Shown in pieces: positions 1 through 11,733 of a stretch of DNA of 64,000 bases. Below the pieces are notes generated by a model. The model was given only the letters and a program-made list of their open reading frames with translations, was not told the origin of the DNA and ran no database searches. The DNA comes from Heteronotia binoei (taxonomy: Eukaryota): positions 41,354,001-41,418,000 of the forward strand of contig NC_083227.1 in NCBI RefSeq assembly GCF_032191835.1, written 5' to 3'. Both the position numbers and the translations under genes were made by a program. Position 1 is the stretch's first letter. Every line of letters starts with the position of its first letter.

Positions 1-271
1 ATAGTGTAGTCAGTCCACACTGATGGAGCTTTCTGAGATTAGAAATGCCGTTCACATGAAACAAGTTAACTGTTGGCCCCTAGCTCAAGCTGCATGAATT
101 CATGGCCCAGTTCAGTATAAGCAGATTCATATGTTCATAGTACTGGGCTATGTGGACAGGCGGCCTGCCTCAGTATACTGGCAGCAGCACCCTCTAGGCA
201 GAATCCAGTTTGTCTGTCTGCGAATCAGCACAGATGTTACATTTATATGGTGTAGTGGTCAGAGCAGAGCA

Positions 272-514
272 GAACAGTAGGTTTTTATACCCTGCTTTTC
301 TCTGCCTTAAGGAATCTCAAAGCAGATTACAGTATCCTTTCTCCTCCCCTCCCCACAACAGTCACCTTGTGAGGTAGGTGGGGCTAAGAGAGTTCTGAGA
401 GAACTGTGACTGGCCCAAGGTCACCCAGCAAGCTTCAGGTGGAGGAGAGGGGAATCAAACCCACTTCTCCAGATTAGAGTCATCTGCTTTTAACTATTAG
501 ACCACACTGGCTCC
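272..514 (-). mobile_element. tRNA-head SINE (Squam3-like)
   Basis: Reverse complement gives a GAGCCAGTGTGGTCTAATAGTTAA head, a B-box-like GGGTTTGATTCCCC, and a CCTACCTCACAAGG core ending GGGTATAAAAAC. Other copies lie at ~981-1132, 25217-25495 and 33062-33237. Confidence 0.75.
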
Positions 515-1234
515 CAAGGATTAGACTATCTGAGAGACCCAGGCTGGAACCCACACTCAGCCACAGAAGCTTCCTGCGTAGCCTTGGGCCAGTCACAGAG
601 TCTCAGCCCATCCTAGCTCACAAGGTTGCTGTGACGTTAAAATGGAGGAGAGGAAAACGATATACGCCACTTTTGAGTCCCCATTAGGGAGAAGGCTGGT
701 ATATAAAGGAATTTTTAAAAACCCCACCTTTCTTCCAAAGAACTCGGGGTGGCAAATGTGTATCTCCCATCCCTACTTTATGCTTACAATCATCTTGTGA
801 GACAGGTCAGGCTGAGAGTCTGTGACGGGTCCCAAGTTCACCCAGTGAGTCTCCTGGCAGTAGAAGGCATTTGAGTCTCCCATTTCCTAGTCCAACATTC
901 TAACCACTACACTACACAGTACAAAAAATGATGGGCAGTAATGGACATAATCATTCAGCCTGTTCTAGCTGATAGAGCAGAGAAGATGATGATATTGGAT
1001 TTATATCCTGCCCTTTACTCTGAATCTCAAAGTAGTCACAATCTCCTTCACCTCCCACCTCCCCACAACAGACACCCTGTGAGGTAGGTGGGGCTGAGAG
1101 AGCTCCACTTAATCACTACACCAACTGGCTCTCAAGAGAAGAGCAGCTCTTTTCCCACAGCATGAGGCAACTTCCCCTCTATGGTTAGCCCAGCAAGCAG
1201 CAGATAGAAACAAGCTTGAGGATTTCCTTACAAG

Positions 1235-1425
1235 TAGGGTTGCCAATCTCCAAGTGGGACCTGGGGATCCCCTGGAATTACCACTCATCTCCAGAGTACA
1301 GAGATCAGTTCCCCTGGAGAAAATGGATGCTTGGAGGGTGGACTTTATGGCATTGTACCCCAATGTGCTCCCCAGGCTCCATCCCCAAACTTCCAGGAGT
1401 TCCCAACCTGGATCTGGCAACCCTA
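1235..1425. mobile_element. hAT-type MITE (TIR TAGGGTTGCC)
   Basis: Terminal inverted repeats TAGGGTTGCC/GGCAACCCTA and a near-perfect 8-bp TSD cttacaag/cttacacg. Many further partial copies (e.g. ~12105-12317, 54737-54950, 56521-56735). Confidence 0.75.
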
Positions 1426-2188
1426 CTTACACGGGTATTCTAAGCATGGGTTGTCTTTGGTTTTAGATATCTGGATGTCCAAGGTCCCCTTGCCGTCACC
1501 TTCCATGGGGGCTAGCTTTCTCTGACTCCTGGGAGGAGTCAGAGAAAGAATAATGGCCTAATTCAATTTTCTTCCTCTAAAAGGCATGACACAGAAAGAA
1601 AGCAACAGATTTACTATAACTTCCTACACCTCTCTGTCTGCCATTATAAACTCAGCAAGCAGGGCATAGAAACACAAGTCTTTTGGGGAACAAGAGGAGG
1701 GATTTGAACTCAGGTCTCCTTAATCATACCATATTTATTGGTTCTCGTGCTGACTCGACACACTCTCAGCTCAGTTAGAGGGGGGAAACTAACCCTGATT
1801 AGTTATTGCACCCGCATTTGGACTTCACAACAGACCAAATGCAGAATGTCAAAGTTCCCTAACTCCAATCCTGGCCCTGCGTAAAGGAGAGAATGAGGGT
1901 GTATGCAGGGCCAGCAATTAACTAGGCTTTTTACTCTTCCACAAACAAAACTCTTGTTTGCAACATCTGGATAGAGCTTTGGAGTCGTTCAAATGTATTT
2001 CAACAGCAATTGATAAGATACACATGAAAAGTATAGGCACCCAAATATTAGGGAACATGTAGTGAATGTAACCAAAAGAGCTGTAATTGGCTGACGATCC
2101 CTCGCACATGCTCACTGTTCACTGCTACCTGATGGTAGCAAACAAGTGACTACCATGACTTGTTTCCATGTAAAGCAGAAATGAGTAC

Positions 2189-2318
2189 GAGTCCAGTAAC
2201 ACCTTAAAGACTTAAGGAGATTTGTGGCAGGGTAGGAGCTTTCATGCAGTGGGCAGTGACTCAGGAAAGCTCCTGCCCTGTCACAAATTGTGTTAGTCTT
2301 TAAGGTGCTACTGGACTC
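2189..2318. repeat. Fold-back (inverted) pair of Penelope-like terminal fragments
   Basis: gagtccagtaacaccttaaagact...gtagg-agctttc is the reverse complement of gaaagct-cctg...agtctttaaggtgctactggactc. The same terminal motif adjoins the GIY-YIG-like fragment at 25078-25720. Confidence 0.65.
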
Positions 2319-2599
2319 TTGCTCTTTTCTACAGCTGCAGACAGACTAATATGGCTATCCCTCTTAATGTTTAGCTGCAAGCTCTTTTGATTTAATTTCA
2401 ACCCGTCGGTGTTGGCCTTGGGGGGCAACAGAAAATAACTCCGCTCCATTCTCCTATGACAGCCCTTCAAATGCTTGAATATCATTTTTTTGTCTTTTCG
2501 TCTCCAGGCTTGCCTCCAACCCGAGGGGGACCTTAAAAAAAGTATACCAAGCTAAGCCATCCAAACCTGACCAAAGTTTTATCATTCTGGGTGGAAAGA

Positions 2600-3250
2600 A
2601 CGAACGTTCCACAACATCCCCGGTGCGGCAGAAGCCGAAACGTCAGTTCATTTTGATCGTGCCATTAAAAAACTACTATACTAAAGATATCAATTGTAAC
2701 AGAGTGCAGATTTTCCACACCGGCACAGCCCAACCCAGGCTGTGCTAACCCAGGCAAATGCACCACGATCCATTCGAGGGCAGCCCCCCCCCCCCCCCGG
2801 CCTTCAAACATATGTAGTAGGGCTGCAAGAAGGCGCTTTCGCTACTCTCTCCCCGCAAATCCTGGATATGCTCCTACACATTGGGAAGTCTTCTTTACGG
2901 TCTGTGTAGTCTTCCCTCCGGTCAGGCTCCTAGGGCAGCTGACTTCCAGGTGTCTCAGCCCACAGATTTCCGCTGATGGGGCTACGAGCAGGAGCACTGA
3001 CGACGGCGGCAGGCCGCATGACTGCAGGAAGTGCTTCCATCTAAGCTCTCGGCATCAAAGTGAGCAAGAGCAACGCTTTCTCCGCAAGCAGCGAGCAGAG
3101 CCCCCTACCGGTACAGCTCGTCGGAGCAGGAAAGCATCCCCATGAAACTGGAGAGGGGGTGAGGAGGGAGAGAGCCGTGAGGGTTGCTAGCTCTCTTGCC
3201 CTGCCTGTCCTTTTAAACTCGTTCTGCAGTGCATAGCCTAGACTTGCCAA
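2600..3250. promoter_or_regulatory. CpG-rich island, possible promoter or first exon
   Basis: CpG dinucleotides are retained against a CpG-depleted background, with ETS-like ACTTCC/GGAAGT motifs. No matching coding exon was found in the window. Confidence 0.35.
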
Positions 3251-4171
3251 CTCCAGGCTGAGAAGTTCCTGGAGATCTGGGAGGTAGAGACTGAGGAGGG
3301 CAAGGATTGGGGAGGAACCTCAACATGGTATAATGCCACAGAGAACATAACAAAAGAGAAGCCATGTTGGATCAGGCCAGGGGCCTATTCAATCCAATTC
3401 TCTGTCACACAGTGGCCAAAAAACCCAAGTGCCATCAGGAGGTCCACCAGTGGGGCCAGGACGCTAGAAGCCCTCCCACTGTTGCCCCCCTCCAGCACCA
3501 AAAATACAGAGCATCACTCCCCGAGAGAGTTCCATTAATACGCTGTGGCTAATAGCCACTCACGGACCTCTGCCCCCCCCCCCAAGCAGCCAGTTTCTTC
3601 AGGGGCACTGATCTTCATCGTCTGGAGATCAATTGTAACAGGAGGAGGTCTCCAGGTGCATCCTGGAGGGTGGCAGCCTCAAATTATAGCCCTCTTTGAG
3701 GCCCTGCTTCAGTTGTCCCACCTTCTGCGATTAGATGGGTGGCCATCCGGAAGAGGACCTTCACCGTCTTGGCACCAAAGCTCAGGAACTCTCTCCCCAG
3801 GGAAACTCATCTCTCCCCTTCTGCTGTCATCTTCTGCCAGCAGGTGAAGACTTGTTTCGTTTGGTGTTCCCTCAGTGAGATCTTCTTCCTGCCCAATGTT
3901 TTAATTGTTGTCTTTGTATTTTTGGTTTTAAATTTTTAAAAATGTTTTTCTGGTTTGAAATGTGTTAGTCATGTTTATTGGTTTGGATTGAAAATGTAAT
4001 TTTTACTACGTAAGTTTTAATTTGTTAGCCTCCTCAGTGGCCCTTGTGAGGGCAGAAAGATGGGATATATTTAAAATGAATAAGAAATATGATTCAGCAG
4101 TGGAATCCATCTCCAATACTGAATCAAGGTTATATGACAAATTCTTTCACTTCATGTTGATTAGACCACGT

Positions 4172-4492
4172 ATAATAATAATAATAATACAATTTTATTT
4201 ATATCCCGCCCTCCCCGCCTAGGCAGGCTCAGGGTGGCTAACAACATATTCATACAATAGTTATACAAAAACTTTTAAAACCAACATTATCTTAAAACCA
4301 TTCTAATTCACATTTAACATAATTTAACAGTGACAGTGGTATTCCTGGTGCTATTCTGTCAGCATAATGGCAAAGGTCACTGAGGCAGAAGTCACTTAGG
4401 CAGATCCATCAGTTCAGCGATCCTTAATCAGCAGTCCGCAAAGGCCAACCTAAAAAGGATGGTCTTGCAGGCCCTGCGGAATTGGTCAAGAC
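4172..4492 (-). mobile_element. L2-clade LINE 3' end
   Basis: (TAA)n tail and a terminus GCCACCCTGAGCCTGCCTAGGCGGGGAGGGCGGGATATAAAT that matches the end of the L2 at 20841-22389. Confidence 0.8.
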
Positions 4493-4546
4493 AAAGCAGC
4501 AAATGACTAAGTCCCAGTAGCTGTGGGTATTCAGCTAAGCTCTGGA

Positions 4547-4843
4547 GGAAAAGGAAAGGTCCCCTGTGCAAGCACCAGTCATTTCCGACTCTGGGGTGAC
4601 ATTGCTTTCACAACGTTTTCACGGCAGACTTTTTACAGGTGGTTTGCCATTGCCTTCCCCAGTCATCTACACTTTCCCCCAGCAAGCTGGGTACTCATTT
4701 TACCAACCCTGGAAGGATGGAAGGCTGAGTCAACCTCGAGCTGGCTACCTGAAAACCCAGCTTCCGACGGGGATTGAAGTCAGGTCATGAGCAGAGCTTA
4801 GGACTGCAGTACAGCAGCTTTAACACTCTGCGCCATAGGGCTC
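4547..4843 (-). mobile_element. Sauria SINE (full length)
   Basis: Reverse complement: GAGCCCTATGGCGCAGAGTGTTAAAGCTG...GGTTGACTCAGCCTTCCATCCTTCC...GGGGAAGGCAATGGCAAACC...CCAGAGTCGGAAATGACTGGTGCTTGCACAGGGGACCTTTCC, the recalled Sauria SINE layout with a Bov-B-like tail. Confidence 0.85.
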
Positions 4844-4952
4844 TTATAGGCTCTGGAGACCTTGGTTCAAATCCTCACCTTGCCATGAAACCTGCTGAGT
4901 GGCCTTGGGCTAATTACTCACTCTCAGACTAAGCTACAAGTATGGTCTAGTG

Positions 4953-5233
4953 CAGGGGTGGCGAAACTTGCTTAATGTAAGAGCCACATAGAATAAACAT
5001 CAAATGTTTGAGAGAAGGAAGGAGGGTGGGTGGGTGGGTAGATGGGGGAGGGAAGGTAGAAAGAAAACAACTTTAACTTTAAATGCATTCTCCAAGCTGC
5101 CAGCTGGCTTGGCTTGGAAAAGTTATTAAAGAGAAATGCCTTTTCCAAGTTGGCAATTGGGGGGCATCAAGAGCCACACATTATGTGTGAAAGAGCCACA
5201 TGTGGCTCCTGAATCACAGTTTGGCCGCCCCTG
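4953..5233. mobile_element. hAT (Charlie-like) MITE
   Basis: TIRs CAGGGGTGGC.AAACT and an 8-bp TSD gtctagtg/gtctagcg resembling the NTCTAGAN target. Confidence 0.8.
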
Positions 5234-6620
5234 GTCTAGCGGTTACTATCAGTCAGAACTAGGAGACCCAGGGTCAAATCTTCCATGATGGCAAGGGGGC
5301 TTACTGGATGAGCTTGGGTCAATCACTTCCTCAGCCTAACCAACCTCACAGGTAGGTTGTTGCTGTGAGAATAAAATGGAGGGGAAATGATATTGTAAAC
5401 TGCTTTGGATCCCCAGTGGGGAGAAAAGCGGAGTATAATATAGCTGTGTAAATGAATAACCTACCTCACATAGTTGAAGCACAGATAAGATCAGGTAGCG
5501 AGAATAGTGGCAGCATGAAAAAAACAGGATAGTGGAACAGATGAATCAGGATCAGATGAAGCAGCTACAGAACAGAAGACAGTGAAGTAGAAGGGCCCCT
5601 TCTTCAGAGTGCAAATGCAGTCTTTGGGGTCGATCATTTGAGAAACGCTCTTTTTGAGCAGCATAGGGGGATGTGGAATGGTATGATATAGCCTGATCTC
5701 ATTAGATCTTGGACACTAAGTAGGAACCACGGTTGGATGGAAGACCATCAATGAAAGCTCTACAGAGGAAGGCAATGGCAAATGACCTCTGCTTCTGGGG
5801 TCGCCATGATTCAGTTGCAACTTGACAGCATTTTATTTATGTTAAAGCCATATATAGTTGCTCTTGGGCAGAGTAAATGCTGAGCTAGAAGCCCCAGTGG
5901 CTTGTCTCACTGCTGAACAGCTTCTTTGTTTAGGTGAATGAGAATTACTTTGAAACTGGACTTTTAAACGGATGTAGCTAAGAGAATTTGTGATCTGCAG
6001 CTAAGTCCTCCTTCCCCCTTCATCCTTTAGTAAAGCAGAAGGCCCACTGACTTCCACGGACTTAGAAGGGCATAGTTATATTGAGGATTGCACTGTTCAT
6101 TATAATGAGACATGGAGGGGGATGGTAGCCTCAGGGATGTGGAAATTTATATTACACCCTATAGCTTAGATTCAAGCAGGTACCAAATACAAAATACAAA
6201 GTAGAAAACATTAAAAACTGCATCCTGTGTCTCAATCTGCGAATGATGTTTATATCATGACGCCACCTTTTCTCATTTTTATTTAATGGTTTTAACTGTT
6301 TAATTCTTAACTGTTTTATTGTGTTGTAATCCGCCCCGAGCCCATCTTGGGAAAGGGCGGACTATAAATTCACAAATAAAAAATAAAATAAATACACCCG
6401 TTAAACAATCAGAAGCCAGCTGCTGGATGTAATAGTTTTATTATTGGTTTAGTACCTAAAATATTTCATTTAAAAATAATAAAATGAATAAGTCCTTGCC
6501 CAAAGTGGATGACAATTTAAAAAACAGATACAATATTTTTAAAAAATGGGAAATGGAGAGAGAAATGCAAACATATGAACTAGTACACTTGAGCTTAATC
6601 TCTGAATATGCACAAACACT

Positions 6621-6885
6621 GGGGCCATAGCTCAGTGGTAGAATACCTACTGTGGATGCAGAAGGTCCCAGGCTCAACCTCAGCACCTCCAGTTAAAAAG
6701 ATCAGGTCACAGGCAAAGTGAAAGACCTCTGCCTGAGATCTTGGACAGGGTCTCTCCTGTGTAGGTTCTCTGATGTATAAGGAAGTTTGAACTCCAATGA
6801 AGCACTTCCCACAGTCTGGGCATTTATAGGGTTTTTCTCCCTCATGCTCTGTCTGAGTAGACAACACTGACCTTAATAGACTAGG
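6621..6885 (+). mobile_element. tRNA-derived SINE interrupted by a zinc-finger fragment
   Basis: Head GGGGCCATAGCTCAGTGGTAGA, then body ...GACCTCTGCCTGAGATC|insert 6747-6849|GTCTGAGTAGACAA. An uninterrupted family member on the - strand at ~8430-8550 joins these two halves. Confidence 0.7.
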
Positions 6886-6932
6886 ACAAGGCAGCTTCAT
6901 GTGTTCAACAAGTTTTGTAGTATTCACAGCTT

Positions 6933-7870
6933 TTATGTAGGTTTCTCCACTGCATGAATTTTCCGATGCCTAGCAAGGTGTGAGATCCACCTGAAGCTTT
7001 TCCCACACTCTGGACATGAATAGTGTTTCTCTCCTGTGTGAACTCTGTGATGCGTCATGAGGCTGGCATTCACATGGAAACCTTCCCCACACTCTGGGCA
7101 TTTATAGGGCTTCTCAGTTGTGTGTACTCTTTGATGCCTGATCAGGACTGAGCTGTAGCTGAAGCTTCTCCCACACTCAAGACACTTGTAGGGTCTCTCT
7201 CCTGTGTGGATTCTCTGATGTATAAGGAGGTTTGAACTCCGATTGAAGCATTTCCCACAGTCAGGGCATTTATAGGGTTTTTCTCCCTCATGCTCAATCT
7301 GGTGCCTGATGAGATCAGAGCTGTACCGAAAGTTTTTCCCACACTCCAGACATTTATAGAGTTTCTCCCCTGTGTGAGTTCTCTGGTGGATAATAAGGTG
7401 TGAGGAATGATTGAAGCTTTTCCCACAAGTCACACAAGTGTATGGTCTTTCACCTGTGTGGATTCTCTGATGAGCAATGAGGTGCGAACTCTTACTGAAA
7501 CTTTTCCCACACTCGGCACATTTATAGGGCTTCTCGCCTGTGTGGACTCTCCGATGGGCATTGAGGGATGAAGTCCGGTTGAAGATTTTCCCACACTCAG
7601 GACATAGATGCTGTTTATTGGACATACATTTTCTTCGCTGAATGGGACATTTGGACAGTTCACATCCTCCTTCAGAAGGAGTAGACATCTGTTTTCTGGA
7701 CTCCAAGTGTTTATCCTTTAATGTGTCTGACTCCTGCCGATGTTTAGAAGTTTCATCTGCCTGTAAACCCTGGGAACTATTCCTCTGGGGTATTCCCACA
7801 GTTGCCCTGTGTAGCTCCACCTGCTCAGGGTTTTGCTCCTGAGAAAATTCCTCCATTGTGTGTTCACTGG
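6933..7870 (-). CDS. C2H2 zinc-finger protein (ZNF gene 1), terminal coding exon, 8 fingers
   Basis: Eight CxxC-x12-HxxxH units with TGEKPY-type linkers. Phase-1 splice acceptor ttcttttcag|CC at 7870, in-frame ATG at 7856, stop at 6933, and AATAAA (- strand) at 6437-6442. Confidence 0.93.
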
Positions 7871-7954
7871 CTGAAAAGAAAAGACAGAATCCCAACTGAG
7901 ACTGTTTTAGGAACCAAGGAGGAAAGGAAATATATAGCATTTATAGAGTTAGAT

Positions 7955-8110
7955 CTGAGTCCTGTAGCACCCTAGAGGTGAACAAGACTTCAGGGATGGA
8001 AGCTTTTGAAAGTCAAAGCTCCTTTTATCAGATGAAGGGAACTTTGACTCTCAAAAGCCTATATCCCCAAAAACCTTCTTGGTCTCTAAGATGCTACTGG
8101 ATTCAAATCT
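7955..8110. repeat. Fold-back Penelope-like terminal pair
   Basis: Two imperfect arms (gagtcctgtagcaccctagag...aagcttttgaaagtcaaag / ctttgactctcaaaagcct...ctctaagatgctactggattc) meet at ATCAGAT. Confidence 0.55.
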
Positions 8111-8996
8111 AGCTCTTCTACTACAGAGTAACAGGGCTACCCTCCCAAAACTATATAGCATTTATGTAGCATATTTTCCTAAATGCACCATGTGCCTCTC
8201 TCACATTTTCTCATTAATTCTTACAACAGCCTTACCAGGCTGGGCAACTTTGTCATTTCCATATTACAGATCAACAAGCTGAGGCTGAAAAGACAGGAGC
8301 TGTTTGTCCCTCTTTCCATATATCAGCTATTTATGGCAATAAGGAAATCCAACATAAGGAAATCCAGCTCCCTACTATTATGCTTTTTGAGAACACATGA
8401 AGCTGCCTTATACAGAGTAAAAGCCATTGGTTTATCAAGGCCAGTCTTGTCTACTCTGACTGGTAGCAGGATCTCAGGCAGAGGTCCTTCACACCATCTG
8501 GGATTGAACCTGGGATGTCCAAGTAAATGCTCTATCACTAAGTCCTGGCCCCAACCTCTTTTGGTTTTGCTTGTGTCTTGTTCTGCAAGCATAGCTTTGG
8601 CAACCAAATAATAAGCAGAAAGAACATTCCTCCAGATGGCAGCTTCTATCACGGTTGCAGCATGAAGCCAGACATAGCGGAAAATGTATCACAAGAAGAG
8701 TCCCCAGGCAGTGTTGACTTTCTGTGCTACTGTGGCTGTTTCAGATTGCATTGTCTGCACTGATTCTGCCAGCCCATCATCGCCTGCCCTTTCAGACCAG
8801 CAGGGATCTACATGGAGACTGGACCCTTTACAAATAACTTGTGAGCCCAATCTCAGCAGATCTTGGATACCAAGCTAGTATTTGGATTGGAGACCTCCAA
8901 GGAATACCAGGGTTATTATGTACAGGAAACTCACAAACACCTCCCCCTAAATTCACAGGATCTTCATTGCTGTTAGAAGTTAGGGGGAGGTATTTG

Positions 8997-9071
8997 TGAG
9001 TTTCCTGCATTGTGCAAGGTGTTGGACTAGATGACCCTAGAGGTCCCTTCCAACTCTATGATTCTATGATT
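8997..9071 (+). mobile_element. CR1 LINE extreme 3' end
   Basis: GGACTAGATGACCCTAGAGGTCCCTTCCAACTCT followed by the (ATTCTATG)n-type tail typical of CR1. Confidence 0.8.
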
Positions 9072-10739
9072 AGGCATCACATATGCTGAATGAGCAAAAA
9101 AGCCAGAAGTGTTCCCTTAGCAAGAACAATTGGTGGCAGATCACAGGATGCCCTGTCCTATTCACTCACAAGATCAGCAGTATTAGCAAGATGGTACAAA
9201 TGAAGCAGCCCTATTTTTTTTTTTGTTGGGGCGGGGGGAGCAATAGTCCATCTAGGCCACCGTGGAAACAATTCTCCAAGGTTTCAGACAGCATTCTCCC
9301 AGCCCTACTTTGAAAGAACTGGAAATGCCAGGGATTGTATCTAGGACTGCTAGTGTGCAAAAAATGTGGTCTGCCACAGAGGAATGGTTTGATGCCAGCA
9401 GTACAAAGGCCTGCACATCTGGATGCTCTTTATAGCTGAGAAAACTGGAAAAAAGGAACTGAGGCTGTAAGTGTAGGGACTTGTGGTGAAAAAGAGAGAC
9501 AGAAGAACCACCATCGGGTTCCAGATTGGTTTAGAATACATATTTATGTAGGATATTGGGGAGAGGGACAGATAAGCAAATGAGAGCACCTTGCAAGACA
9601 ACCCCCCCGCCCCCCAAAAAAAACTCCTGATACTTATAGTCCAGACTAGACCAAACTTCCTAGAGCTCTGAAGCTGAGCATGTTGGCCCTGGTTAAAACT
9701 TGGATGAGAGATCACCAAGAAAGACTTGGGCTGCTATGTGGAGGCAGTCAAGGGACATCTCTTGCCTTGAAAACTCCTTGAAAATCCGTGAGAGTGGCCA
9801 AGCGTCAGCTCAGCTGCACCCTGACAGCACCTAATAATTAAATTGTCTGCATTACATAATGGACTCCTAAGCATTTTCTTCCCCAGCTGTTAGTAGCACA
9901 CAAACCCATAGCCAAAGGTTAGCCTCATCCCAGACAGGGTCAGTGCATAGGAGTAAGCAAAGTAGGCAGTTGCCTAGGGCACCACCTGGCCTAGACATAC
10001 TCTGGCTTCTGACACATACTCTGGCTTCTGACCTCTGTCACCTTGTCCTCTCCCATCACCAAGCTGCCTTCAACAAAGCCAAGCCACCCCCCTCTCCCTG
10101 ATGTGTGACTTGGCCTCCCACCTCATCCAGTCCTGCCACCCTCCTTCCTAACATGGCCAGCAAGCACTTATTCTCACAATTTTTTTTATAACATCACATT
10201 TTTTTTGAAAAATTAAAAATCAGTAAATTAGAAACGTGAAAAGTTTCAAGTTTGGCGCTCTTCAATTTCCCTATTTTTTTTTTTAATAATTGGTGTGTGT
10301 GTGGGGGGGTGCTAGTGGGTGATTCGCCTAGGGCGCCAGAAAGCCTAGCACCGGCCCTGATCTTAGAGTTTTGTGGCCCCTAAGGGCAAACAAATGTATC
10401 AAGGCAGAAGCGCATAATCTGAGGAAGCAGCCTCAGAGAAGTCACAAAAAGTTCTGCCCTACATTCATTCATTAAGATACCATAAGAATCTCAGTTGTTT
10501 AAAACGCCCATACATGAATCAAAATAAGTCCAGAGGAATAACCTGTCTGTTACAGCAGAAACGAAGTAGGAGTTTTGTAGCACTTCCAAGTCAAACAAGA
10601 ATGTTATTCCTTCCGCGTGAATTCTCATGGGCTACAGCTCACCTCTTCGAAATCTTCAGTGTGGCCCACGAATACTGGAATAAAATTGCGTGGCGTCTGT
10701 GACGTGCCACAAGGCTCCCACTTACTCGTGAGTCAAATC

Positions 10740-11200
10740 TGCCTTGAATGACTCTCCACCTCGCTGCCGGCTACGGAGGCGTTCCACGTGCTCTATAAAA
10801 ACATATCTCCGTCATCCCAGTTATCTTACCTCAAGACCACCGCTGCTCGGTTCTATGAACCACAACCACAGAGCCTCACCTAGGACCTTCCACAACAGAT
10901 CCTCCAGAAGTTCTACTGAAGGCCGCATTTGCCACTGCTTCCCGCGGGGGTCTCCGCTCCCACTTGGGTCCAGCACAGAAAAAATCCAGCGCGCCGCAGT
11001 CTCGCCGCTTCGGCTCCATTGGCAAATTGAGAGCGGCGCAGGACGTCGCCTGACTCCGGTCCAGGATGTTCCTCACCAGAGAGCGAGAGAGGCGGTCACT
11101 TCCTCTTCGTCTTTCCGAGCGAGATCGAGGGGCCTCTGCTGGCGGCAGCTGAGCTCTTTCTTGAACTCACTGGAAGCCGGCCGTGGAGAGTAAAACAGCG
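10740..11200 (-). promoter_or_regulatory. CpG-rich promoter and non-coding first exon, probably of ZNF gene 1
   Basis: High CpG content, an ETS-like CACTTCC motif, and strong - strand donor sites AG|GTGAGG (10879) and GAG|GTAAGA (~10830) pointing toward the ZNF exon at 7870. The assignment to this gene is inference. Confidence 0.55.
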
Positions 11201-11518
11201 AATACTATTATGAAACATCCCCTTTCCGTAATTTGGGGCGGGATGTTGCATCTTTAAGAATGTTTTTAAAGGATTCGTGTGTGCTTGCTAGTAGCCAAAA
11301 GATGACAGACAGACAGACAGGCTGACAGATATGTTCACACCTTGAAGCCAACTACAACAGCAGAAAACTGCTTAAGCTTTTGAGTTCTGCAGAATTGTTA
11401 GAGAGGCAGGCGGGATGTGGAAAGGGGATGAGAGAAGGGCGTTCTGGTCTGTGGGCTTCTTGTTTGCCTCCTACATAGAATGAAAGCCAGATTTGAACTG
11501 ATAAAAGGGACCTGGGAG

Positions 11519-11733
11519 CAAATTCCCTCTAAGCTGCAGAGTCTTGTGAGCAAAAATTCTACTTTGTGAGCTACAGGCATTAAAGTTGTGAGCTACTGGT
11601 GTTAAAGTTGTGAGCTACTACATAAATTAGTGTGCTCTGGGGTCATCCTTCCTGAGCTAAGACAAAAATGTGTGAGCTGGAGGCTAAAAATCTGTGAGCT
11701 AGCTCACACTAACTCAGATTAGAGGGAACACTG
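11519..11733. mobile_element. hAT-type MITE (TIR CAGTGTTCCCTCTAA)
   Basis: Intact right TIR TTAGAGGGAACACTG, degenerate left TIR, and a perfect 8-bp TSD CCTGGGAG (11511-11518 / 11734-11741). Confidence 0.8.

Noticed and set aside
6621-6695. tRNA-like sequence with A and B boxes
   Set aside because: It is the head of a multicopy SINE: there is no intact cloverleaf and it runs into SINE body sequence. The same applies to the other tRNA-like heads.
8620-8900. Possible upstream coding exon of ZNF gene 1
   Set aside because: Only vague spacer or KRAB-B-like wording, stops in the candidate frames and no convincing splice pair.
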